In this document: positions 14,022-25,982 of the stretch, piece by piece | Numbering within the stretch: the first letter of the stretch is position 1 | Layout: every line of letters starts with the position of its first letter | Origin: the human T2T-CHM13v2.0 reference genome, Homo sapiens | Length of the DNA: 64,000 nucleotides | Assembly: GCF_009914755.1 (NCBI RefSeq) | Contig: NC_060927.1 | Direction: 5' to 3' (one strand) | Translations under genes and position numbers: made by a program | Notes under the pieces: model-generated | Databases searched by the model: none | What the model saw: the letters and a program-made list of their open reading frames with translations, nothing else | What the model was told of the DNA's origin: nothing

Positions 14022-14383
14022 TGATATGGTCTGGCTCTGTGTCCTCAGTGAAATCTTATCTTGAATTGTAATCCGAATTGCAATCCCCGTGTGCTGGGGG
14101 GGAAATCTTGTGGGGGTGATTTGATCATGGGGGTGATTCACCTATGTTGTTCTTGTGATAGTGAGTGAGTTCTCACAATATCTGATGGTTTCATAAGGGA
14201 CTTTCCCGCTTTGCTCTGCACTCATTCTCTCTCCTGCCACCCTCTGAAGAGATACCTTCCGCCCTAATTGTAAGTTTCCTGAGGCCGCCTCCCCAGCCAT
14301 GCAAAACTGAGTCAATTAAATATCTTTAGAAATTACCCGGTCTCAGGTATTTTTTCACAGCAGCATGAGGGCAGAGTAATACA
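14022..14383 (+). mobile_element. THE1 (C/D-like) MaLR solo LTR
   Basis: Termini tgatatggt...taataca; 'gtgatagtgagtgagttctcac' and 'ttgtaagtttcctgaggcc'; 5-bp TSD ctggt/ctgtt. Confidence 0.93.
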
Positions 14384-14408
14384 CTGTTCATATGAAACTA
14401 CCTATTTA

Positions 14409-14756
<348 letters not shown>

Positions 14757-15183
14757 GATTAAAAATGAAAGAATTCTTTAGATTTTTACTTTTTCACATT
14801 GCAAACATATTGTATAGAATCTTATAAAATTTATTTTTAAATTTAATGTTAAAACTCCCAATAAAAAATAGATTACTATTATAAGTATTTGCCTGCACAA
14901 TATTTCTTTATTGATCAAGCTCCATGCAAGATACAAGCAGTCAGTTTTAGTAACCTAGCCAAACCTGTGGCCTGTTCAGTTTGGCAAATAAGATCAATAT
15001 TTGGGACCACAGGTACCCCTAAAACAAGAAAGTAAATTTGGCTAAAATTGTTCTGATCCACGTTGACTGTTCCCCGACTTATTAAATGTCCTCCCTCTTT
15101 CACCAAAACCATACAAGTTCTTACACTTACAACAATCTTAAACATGGTATAAATAACCTGCCAAGCATGCATTGACTGGCTCT

Positions 15184-16060
15184 GTATTAACTAGGATTAG
15201 ACTTGACTTTCAGTATCAAGATCTCAAAATAACAAAATCTCCTTTAAAAAGCTGGAAATGTATTTAACTCTCACATTCATGTAGGCACTCTAGAGTCTGC
15301 ATGTAAAGTTCTGTACTGTCAGGTACATAGGCTTTTTCTGACTTGGTTCTCTATATTCATATCCTATTCATCCACCAATTCCAAAATGATCCTTCAGTTC
15401 TAGCTATTATTACATTGGCATTCCAGACAATGGGAAAATCATAAACAAGACTAGGGCACAACCCATCACTTTATAGATAACATTATAGAATTGGCACACA
15501 CCACCTCTGTTTATATACCACACACTCGAAGTTAGTTACTGTGATGGTTAATATTGAGTGTCAACTTGATTGTATTGAAGCATCCAATGTATTGTTCCTG
15601 GGTGTGTCTGTGAGGGTGTTTGCCAAAGGTGATTAACATTTGCATCAGTGGACTAGGAAAGGCAGACTCACCCTCAATCTGGGTGGGCACAATTTAGTCA
15701 ACTGCCAGCAAGGCCAGAATAAAAGCAGGCAGAAGAAAATGAAAAGAGTAGACTGGTGTAGTCTTCCAGCCTACATCTTTCTCCCATGATGGATGGTTTC
15801 TGCCCTCCAACATCAGTCTCCAAGTTCTTCAGTTTTGGGACTCGGACTGGCTTCCTTGCTCCTCAACTTGCAGACGGCCTATTGTAAGACCTCACCTTGT
15901 GATTGTGTGAGACAATACTTCTCAATAAATTCCTTTTTATATATACATCTATCCTATTAGTTCTGTCCCTCCAGAGAGCCCTAATAGTCACTGAGCTACA
16001 ACTATGCATGAAGGACATTAAGAAATGTAGTCTTTAGTCAAGAAGGCCAAGTATAAATAT
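15184..16060 (-). mobile_element. Old MLT1 (J/K/L-like) MaLR LTR interrupted by MLT2A1
   Basis: Starts 'tgtatta'; 'ttggcacacaccacctctgtttatat...gttagt' resumes after the insertion as 'gtcactgagctacaactatgcatgaaggac..agaaatgtagtcttta'. Confidence 0.5.
15540..15986 (+). mobile_element. MLT2A1 (HERV-L) solo LTR
   Basis: Starts tgtgatggttaatattgagtgtcaacttgatt; ends ttagttctgtccctccagagagccctaata; 5-bp TSD gttac/gtcac. Confidence 0.93.
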
Positions 16061-16079
16061 AAATTCAAAGATCCTACTA

Positions 16080-16950
16080 GATTAATTCTTTTACTATGAT
16101 TTTCCATTCATTTCCCAATTGAATAAACTTCATCTTCTGCAAGATTCCTCTGTATGAGTTGGAGAATATAATAATTCTTGTGCTCTTGCTTGTGAAAAAA
16201 CTAATCTTCTGAGGATTTGCTGATTGAGGATATCTTACATGGCTAGTAAATTGTTGACTTACATTTTGTCTCCTTGAGTTTCTTGAAAATGCATCTCCAG
16301 TTTGTCCAGTCTTATATGTTGCTTTCAAAGTTCTGATGCCATCCTAATTTACTTTACCATTAAAGTTTCTAAAACTTTGTGCTTTGAAACCCACAGGATT
16401 AAAGTTTTACCTTTAAGTCCCAAAGGTTTTACTTCTATATCTTGAAGTAGACTATCTCAGGTCAAATTTCCCAGGTACAAGAAGGGTTGTTATAAAAAGC
16501 TAGATTCAGATCTTCTATTGTTTCTGAAAATTTTTCTTATATCTTACCTAGAAAATTGAAATCTTTAAACTCTTGTTTTACTTCTTCACAAACTCCAAGA
16601 TACACATGTTGAATATTCTTATGTTGTCACTACATCTACAATTTTCTCTGAGTCTTTTTACCTCCCAAGTTTTTTAAAATTTCTACTCTGTTAGCTATTT
16701 TTATTAATTTTCTCAATTCTTCTAATTAATTTTTCAATAAAGTCTATTATCATTTGGTCATATTGAAATTTAGTATTCAATTTTAAATGATTTTGTCTTT
16801 TTCATCCATTCAGTTCTCTAAGTTCAGTCAACTATCGTTTTATATCTTCCTGCTTTTGTTAAATTTGTGGTGAATTTTTCACGTGAGATTTGTTTAGGCT
16901 TTTGATTTAAGTATGAATGCTTGTTTGAGGTTATTTGATTCATGTTTCGA
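16080..16950 (-). mobile_element. Ancient L1ME/HAL1-like ORF1 fragment
   Basis: T-rich antisense ORF1-like text ('tttcttgaaaatgcatctcc...gttgctttcaaagttctgatgcca', 'tttctgaaaatttttcttatat'). Confidence 0.45.
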
Positions 16951-18099
16951 AATTGTTGTTTTGTTTTAAAAAGAAGAGTTTTTCTCTATTTTGAGTATTT
17001 TTTGGAATTTTAGTTGCCAAAGTGTTTTGATTCTTTTTTTCTAAGTAGAGGGGTTTGGGATAAGTGGGATGTGGGTGAAAATAATCAATAAACTTCCTGG
17101 TGAGGCTTTTAAAATTATTTTGTTTCCTCCTCCTTTCTAACTTCCTTCTCTTATCTTCTAGCAAAATCAAAGGATTCTTCTGAGATCCAGAAACCCAGGG
17201 ATGGTAAAGCCTCCAGATTCAAGGACTGAAGTGAATATACGGTGGAAAAAAAAACACAATGACAACAACAACAACAACAAAAAAAAAACGCACACACACA
17301 CTTCTTCCACCTGCTGCTTACCTTTTTACTGTGTTGTAAATTAATAGTAAACCTGATTTAAAACCTGATTCCCAATCTCTTTCTTACTCCCTAACTCTTC
17401 CCTGGTTTTTAAATTTAACAAACATAGATATAGTGTTTACTATGCACTGGCAGATTCTTTGAAAGCTCAAATAACAACTAATTAAAAAACACAGTTGGTT
17501 AAATATATATCATGTAGCTGGAAGTGTTGGCACCAGTCAAGTTTGGCCATACTGATTTGCTTTCAAACATGATAGTTACACTCTCTCTCCATTGAACTCT
17601 TTTCTCCAGAGTTTCTATATCATTTATATTATTTTATTATATTGCATATTAATACGTGTGAGGAAACAGAATTTTAATTTTGCACTGTAAATTTTCAATC
17701 AAAAAAGACTTTTAATATTACTTTGAGAATTTATGATGCTTCCTTCAATTTTAATAACGCATTTCCATCTTTTATTCACGTATAAACGTACTAAGATCTA
17801 TCACTTATCTGTGATTTTGTATATAATTTTAATAGAATGCATAATGTGTGCTTGAACAATGTAGGTAACTAATGAGAAATAATTTGAATCCCTATAAAGT
17901 ATAATTATAACCTTATTTGAAACATTATAAAAATAGTCTGTAGGTAAGAAGTAACTGAAATAAGCTGTACTGTGTAAAATATATTTTTATTTCCTGGTAA
18001 AAAATCTTTACCTTTTCGAGTTTTTTGTTTTGTTTCATTGGGGCTTTCTGTTTTTGTTTGTTTGTTTGATTTGAGGGGAGGTGAGACATTTTGATCTTC

Positions 18100-21000
18100 A
18101 AAGTTGAGTGTGGAGCAAGATAGAGAAATAGAAAGCTCCACCAATTGTCCCGCTGGCAAGGACATGAAGTTAATAACTATCTATACAGAAAAACACTTTC
18201 AAAAGAACAAAAAATTAGGTGAGCACTCACAGTACCTGGCTTTAATTTTATGCCTCTGAGAGAGGCACTGAAGAGATAAGGAAAAGAGTCCTGAATCTCA
18301 GATACCACCACTCCCCTATCCCCAGCTGCAACTGCCTAGTACAGAGAGTTTCTCTGAGTACTGCAGGAGGAAGAGCACAGCAATTGTGAGGCACTGAACT
18401 CAGCGCTGTTCTGTTAAATCAGAATAGAAAACCAGGCTAAACTCAGCTCATGTCCACCCATGGAGGGAGCATTTAAACGATCCCTAGCCAGAAGGGAATT
18501 GCCAATCCCAGTTGTTAGAGTGCTTGCAAACCTCACCACCGATGGGCACAGCACTCTGCATCTCCAAGCAAACTTGAAAAGCAGTCTAGGCCATAAGGAC
18601 TGTAACTCTTAGGAAAGTCCTAGTGCTGAACTAGGCCCAAGGGTAGTGGATTGAGGGGGCACTGAACATACAGCTGGGGCAACCAAGAAAGTGCTGGCAT
18701 CACCCTTCCCCTAATACCAGGCTGCACAGCTCAAGGATCCAAAAGAGACTCTTTCCTTCTGCTTGAGGAGAGGGAAGAGTGGGGGAAGACTTTGTCTTGT
18801 GTCTAGGATACCAGTTCAGCCACGGCAGAATAGGGCACATGTCGGAGTCATCAGATGCCTGTTCCAGGCCCTAGCTCCCAGATGATATTTCTAGACACAC
18901 CCTGGTCCAGAAAGGAACCCACTGCCTTAAAGGAAAGGACCCAGTCCTGACAGCATTCATTAACTGCTAACTGAAGAGCTTTTGGGGCAGGAATAACCAG
19001 CAGTAATACCCAGTTACTACCTGAGGGCCCTGATTGAGCCTCTGGAACTCTCTGGCTTCAGGTGAGACTCAGCGCACCATCAGCTGTTGTGGTCATGGGT
19101 CAAAACTCCTTTTGCTTGAGAAAAGTGGGGAAAAGTCAAAGGGGCTTTGTGTTGCACCTTAAGTACCAGCACAGCCACAAGGGGGTAGAGTACCAAGTGG
19201 GTTCTTGGGGTCCCCAATTCCAGGACTTGAATCTTGGATGGCATTTCTGGACCTGCCCTGTGCCAGAGGGGGAGTTTATTGCCCTGAAGGGTGAGTCCCA
19301 GGCCAGGCAGCTTTCATGACAAGCTGACTTAAGAGACCTTGGGCCTTAATGGAAGATCAGAGGTAGCCTGGCAGGAGGCTATAGGGTGAGGCTCCTCTGC
19401 CTGTGAAAAGGGGAGGGAAGAGTGGGAAGTTGTGTGTTTAGTTTATGTGTTTGAGTGACAGGTTATTTGCTAGATCCTGCAGGTGTGCTATGTTTTTTTG
19501 TTTTTCTTTTGTCTCTTTTGACTGTGTATTTTCAAGTAATCTGTCTCCAAGCTCACTAATTCTTTCTTCTGCTCAATCCATTCTGCTATTAAGGGCTCTG
19601 ATGCATTTTTCAGTATGCCAATTGCATTTTTCAGCTCCAGAATTTCTACTTGTTTCTTTTTAATTCTTTCAATCTTTTTATTAAATTTCAGTGGCAGAAT
19701 TTTGAATTCCTTTTATGTGTTATCTTGAATTTCTTTGAGTTTCCTCAACACAGTATGGATCAAACAGAAGAAAGAATTAGTGAGCTTGAAGACAGGTTAT
19801 TTGAAAATACACAGTCAGAGGAGAAAAAAAGAAAAAAGAATAAAAAAATGGAGCACACCTACAGGATCTAACCAATAACATCAAAAAGGAAAATCTAAGA
19901 GTTATTGGCCTTAACGAGGAGGTAGAGAAAGAGATAGGGGTAGAAAGTTTATTCAAAATGATAACAACAGAGAACATCCCAAACTTAGAGAAAGAAATTA
20001 ATATCTAAGTTCAAGAAAATTAGAAAACACCAAGCATATTTAACTCAAAGAAGACTACCTCTAGGCATTTAATGATCAACCTCCCAAAGGTCCAGGATGA
20101 AGAAAAGATCCTAAAAGTAGCAAGAGAGAAAACAAAACAAATGACATATATTGGAACTACCATACATTTGGCAGCAGACTTTTCAGTGGAAACCTTACAG
20201 GCCAGGAGAGAGTGGCACGACATATTTAAAGTACTAAAGAAAAATAACTTTTACCCTAGAATAGTGTATCCAGAGACAATATCCTTCACACATTAGGAGA
20301 AATAAGGATGTCTCCAGTAAACAAAAGCTGAAGGATTTCATCAATGCCAAGACTGTCCTACAAGAAATGCTAAAGAGAGGACTTCAATCAGAAACAAAAG
20401 CATATTAATGGGCAATAAATAATAACTTGAAGGTACAAAACTCACTGGTAGTAGTAAGTACACAAGAAAGCACAGAATATTGTAACACTGTAACTGTGGT
20501 GTGTAAACTACTCTTATCATAAGTAGAAAGAGTAAACCAATCAAAATAATAACTACAACAACTTTTACCTAAACAGTAAACCATTCAAAAATAATAACTA
20601 CAACTACTTTTCAAGACATAGTCAGTACAATAAGATATAAATAGAAACAACAGAAAGTTAAAAATCAAGGGGATTAATTTAAGGTGTAGAGTTTTTATTA
20701 GTTTGCTTTTTGCTTGTTAGTTTATGCAAATATTGTTGTTATCAGATTAAAATAATCGGTTATACGATAGTATTTGCAAGTCTCATGGTAACTTCAAAGC
20801 AAAAAAACATACAATAGACCCACAAAAAACAAAAAGCAACAGAATAAATCATATCATTAGATAAAATCATCTTAACCAGAGGAAGCTGGGAAGGAAAGAA
20901 AGAAGGAAGAGAAAAACGGAAAACAACCATATAACAAATAACAAAATGGCAGAATTAAGCCCTTATTTATCAGTAAAAACACTAAATGCAAATGCACTAA

Positions 21001-24000
21001 ACTCATAGGCTGGCTGAATGGTTGAAAAAACAAGATCCATTGATCTATTGCCTATAAGAAACCCACCTCACCTATAAAGACACACATAGACTGAAAAGAA
21101 AAGGATGGAAAAAGATATTCCATGCCAATGAAAATAGAAAAAAAAGTCATTATAACTATATAAAAAAATAGGTTTCAAGACAATAACTAAAAGAAGAGAC
21201 AAAGAAGGTCACTATATAATGATAAAGAGACCAATTCAGCAAGAGGACATAATAGTCGTAAATATATATGTACCCACCATTGGAGGACCTAGATATATAG
21301 AGGAAATATTATTAGAGCTAAAGAGAGAGATATGCCCCAATACAATATTAGATGGAAACTTCCATACCTCCTTTCATCACTGGACAGATATCCCAGACAA
21401 AAAATCAACAAAGAAACATCAGACTTAATTTGCATTATAGATCAAATGGATATAGTAGATATTTATAGAAAATTTCATCCACAAGCTGCAGAATACACTT
21501 TCTTTTCCTCAGCCCACAGATCATTCTCAAGAACAGACCTTATGTTAGGTCACAAAACAAGTGTTAAAACATTCAAAAAATTGAAGTAATATCAAGCATG
21601 TTCTCCAACCACAATGGAATAAAACTAGAAATTAATACAAGGGGAATTTTAGGAACTATACAAATACATGGAACTTAAACAATATGCTTCTGAATGGCCA
21701 GTGGGTAAATGAAGAAATTAATAAGGAAATTGAAAATTTTTTGAAACAAATGATAACGGAAACACAATGTACCAAAACCTAAGGGATACAGCGAAAGCAG
21801 TACTAAGAAGAAAGCTTATAGCTGTAAGTGCCTACATCAAAAAAAGAGAAAATACTTCAAGTAGACAATCTAATGATGCATCTTAAAGAACTAGAAAAGC
21901 AAGAGCAAACCAAACCCAAAATTAGAGGAAGAAAAGAGATAACAAAGCTCAGAAAATAAATAAATAAAATTGAATTTAAAAATATATAAAAGATCAACAA
22001 AACAAAAAGTTGGTGTTTTGAAAAGTTAAGCAAAATTGACAAACATTAGCCAGACTAATTAAGGGAAGATTCTAATAATTATAATCAGAAATGAAAAAGG
22101 AGACATTATAACTGATACTGCAGAAATTAAAAGAATCATTAGTGGCTAGTATGAACTATTAAAGGCCAATAAGTTCAAAAGTCTAGAAAAGAAATGGACA
22201 AATTCCTAGATATATACAACCTACCTACCAAGATTGAACCACAACGAAATCCAAAACAGGAACAGACTAATAACAAGTAATGAGATCAAAGCCATAATAA
22301 AAAGTCTCCCACTAAATAAAAGCGCAGCACCTGATGGTTTCACTGCTGAATTTTGCCAAACATTTAAAGAAGAATTAACACCAATTCTCCTCAAACTATT
22401 CTGAAAAATAGAGGAGGAGGAAATACTTCCAAAGTCATTCTACACGGCCAATATTATCCTGATACAAAAACACAACAAGAAAGAGAGAAAACTACAGGCT
22501 AATATCTCTAATGAATATTCATGTAAAAATCCTCAGTGAAATACTAGAAAATAGAATTCAACAATACATTAGAAAGATCATCCATCATGACCAAGTGGGA
22601 TTTACCCTTGGGATGCAAAAATGGTTCAACATGCACAAATCAATCAATGTGATAGATCATATAAACAAAATTAAGGATAAAAACTATATATTCATTTCAA
22701 TTGAGGTGAAATGCATTTGATAACATTCAACATCCCTTCATGATAAAAATTCTCAAAACCTAGGGATAGGAGGAACATACTTTAACATAATAAAAGCCAT
22801 ATATGATGATAAAGCCACAGCTAGTATCATACTGAATGGGGAAAAACCTGAAAGCCTTTTCTCTAAGATCTAGAACACAACAAGGATGCCCACTGTCACC
22901 ACTGTTCTTCACCATAATACTGGAAGTCCTAGATAAAAGCATCAGAAAAGAAAAAGATATAAAGGGCATACAGTTTGAAAAGGAAGAAGTCAAAGTATCC
23001 TTATTTGCAGATGATATGAGATTACATTTGTAAAAACCTAAAGACTCCACAGGAAATCTATTAGAACCGATAAACAAATTCAGTAAAGTTGCAGGATGCA
23101 ATATCAACATACAAAAATCAGCAGCATTTTTTTATGCCAACAGTGAATAATTTGAAAAATAAATTTAAAAAGTAATCCCATTTATGAAAGCCACACATGA
23201 AATTCAATACCTCAGAATTAACTTAACCAGAGAAATGATATAATGAAAACTATAAAATACTGATGAAAGCAATTTAAAAGGACACCAAAACATGGAAAAA
23301 TAATCCATGTTCATGAATTAGAAGAATCAATATTGTTAAAATGTCCATACTACCCAAAGCAATCTACTGACTCAGTGCAACCTCTATCACAATACCAATG
23401 ATATTCTGCATAGAAATAGAAAAAAAATCCTAAAATATATCCGGAACCACAAAAAAACTCAGAATAGCCAAAGCTACCCTAAATGAAAATAACAAAACTA
23501 GAGGAGTCACATTACTTGACTTTATACAACAGAGCTATAGTAACTAAAACAGTATGGTACTGGCATAAAAACAGACACATAGGCTAATGAAACATAGAAA
23601 AAAAAAACAGAAACAAATGTGCACACATACAGTGAATTCTTTTTTTACAAAGATGGCAAGAACATACATTGGGGAAAGCACCATCTCTTGAAGAAATGGT
23701 GCTGAGAAAACTGGATATCCATATGCAGAAAAATGAAACTAGACCCCTATCACTCACCATATATAAAAATCAAATTGAATTGGATTAAAGGCAAATCTAA
23801 GACCTCAAGCTATTAAACTACTACAAAAACCACTGGGGAAAAACTCCAGGATATTTGTCTGAGCAAAAATTTATTGAGTGATACCCCACAAGCACAGGCA
23901 ACCAAAGCTTGTTCGCTTTGGTGCTTGTTCGCACAAACGGGACCACATCAAGTTAAAACACTTCTACACAGCAAAGGACACAATCAACAAATGAACAGAC

Positions 24001-25086
24001 AAATCACAGAATAGGAGAAAATATCTGCAAACTACCCATCTGACAAGGGATTAGTAACCAGAATATATAAGGAGCTCAAACAACTCTATAGGAACACGTT
24101 TAATAATCTGAACCAAAAATAGGCAAAGTATTTAAATAGATATTTCTCAAAAGAAGACGTACAAATAACAACCAGGCATATGAAAAGGTGCTCAACATCA
24201 CTGATCATCAGAGAAATGCAAATTAAAATTATAATGAGATATCATCTCACCCCAGTTAAAATGACTTTTATATAAAGACAGGCAATAACAAATGCTGCTG
24301 AGGAGGTGGAGTAAAGGGAACTCTTGTACACTGTTGGTTGAAACTTAAATTAGTAAAACCACTATGGAGAACAATTTGGAGGTTCGTCAAACACTTAAAG
24401 TTGAGCTACAACATGATCCATCAATTGTACTACTGGATATATACCCAAATGAAAGGAAATCAGTATATTGAAGAGATATCTACACTCCTATGTTTGTTGC
24501 TGCCCTGTTTGCAATAGCTAAGATTTGCCATCAACAGATGAATGAAGAAAATGTGGTACATATACATAATGTACTATTCAGCCATAAAAATAATGAGATC
24601 CAATCATTTGTAGCAACATGGTTAGAACTGGAGATCATTATGTTTATTACAGAAAGACAAACATTTGTATCTTCTCACTTATTTCTGGGATCTAACAATC
24701 AAAACAATTGAACTCATGGACACAGAGAGTAGAATGGTTACCAGAGAATGGAAAAGTTAGTGTGGGCCTGGGATTTTGGTAGGGATGGTGAATGGGTACA
24801 AAAGACAAATTAGGAAGAATGAGTAAGGCCTGCAATTTGGTAGTGCAGTAGGGTGGTTAGAGTCAATAATAACTTGATTGTGCATTTTAGAATAACTTAG
24901 GAGGTGTAATTGGATTGTTTGTAACTTAACAGATAAATGCTTGAAGGAATGGGTACCTCATTTCCATGATGTACTTATTTTGCATTACATACCTGTATTA
25001 AAACATCTCATGTACTCCATAAATACATACACTTACTATGTACTCAGAAAAAATAAAATATTAAAGAAACAATTAAAAACTAAAAA
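18100..25086 (+). mobile_element. Near full-length L1MA1/L1MA2 with an internal deletion/inversion; inactive
   Basis: 5' end 'gtggagcaagatagagaaatagaaagctccacc'; ORF1 pieces (20072-20296); ORF2 pieces including LFADD (22836-23033); L1MA-type 3' UTR; perfect 14-bp TSD acattttgatcttc at 18086-18099 and 25087-25100. Confidence 0.93.
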
Positions 25087-25100
25087 ACATTTTGATCTTC

Positions 25101-25157
25101 TTTTCTGTTTGTTTGTTTGCTTGACACAGGGTCTGGCCTGGGCCACTGCACCTGACC
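25101..25157 (-). mobile_element. Alu remnant: tail and both termini kept, body deleted
   Basis: (TTTG)n tail, then 'tgacacagggtct' (Alu 3' end) joined to 'ggccactgcacctgacc' (Alu 5' end); flanked by tgatcttctttt / tgatctattttt. Confidence 0.65.
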
Positions 25158-25982
25158 TGATCTATTTTTAATGTGAGTTGTATTAATTTTCATATAATTT
25201 TATTTTATAGAATTTATAAATGATGATGTTTTGTCATTTTTTGTAATTTATTCCGCACTGTATGTCTATTTTGTTATAGAAATCTGCACAGATTGACATG
25301 ACCCTGAAACATGCTCAACTATCCAAAAATTGAAGTATTGCTTTGATTCTTTTTCAAAAAGCCTTCTTCAACCTAACACAGAATACTGTGTGTTAAATAA
25401 ATATGAAATCATCATTTATATATTAAGAATAATGTTATTATTTACAGTCTTACAGAGGTATGCCTCTTGTGGAAATGTCTTTGATGAATTTCTTTAAATG
25501 AGTCTATCTCAACTTTAAAGCATACCAACATACCACATGGATCCCTGCTTAACCTTTTGATCTGCTGCAGTCATGTTCTTGAGAGGCTTTAATTTATTGG
25601 ACTGACCAAAATATCTCTAGACTGCATTTAAATATCTACTTGGCATAGATATTACGAATGATATATATGCCAGTTCAGCTGTAATGTGTGTCTGTCAAGT
25701 TGTCTAGATTTCTTGCAACAAATATGTTTATTTAAATTTAGATATTTTTCCAAAATGACTAGTAATACTAATAGAACATGAGAAGAAATTTATACATGTT
25801 CTTGGCATTTCCCATAATTATTTTTTCTTTCCCTCTTCTCTTAGCACCCAGACATGTATAGGATCCATTGAAGGACTTTGAAGAGTTTCAAATGGAAAGG
25901 GCCAGGACAATTTAGCCACTACCAGGTGAAGACGCCAGGAGAACTTATGCAATGAATTGTGCATGAATGAAAATCAGCTTTT

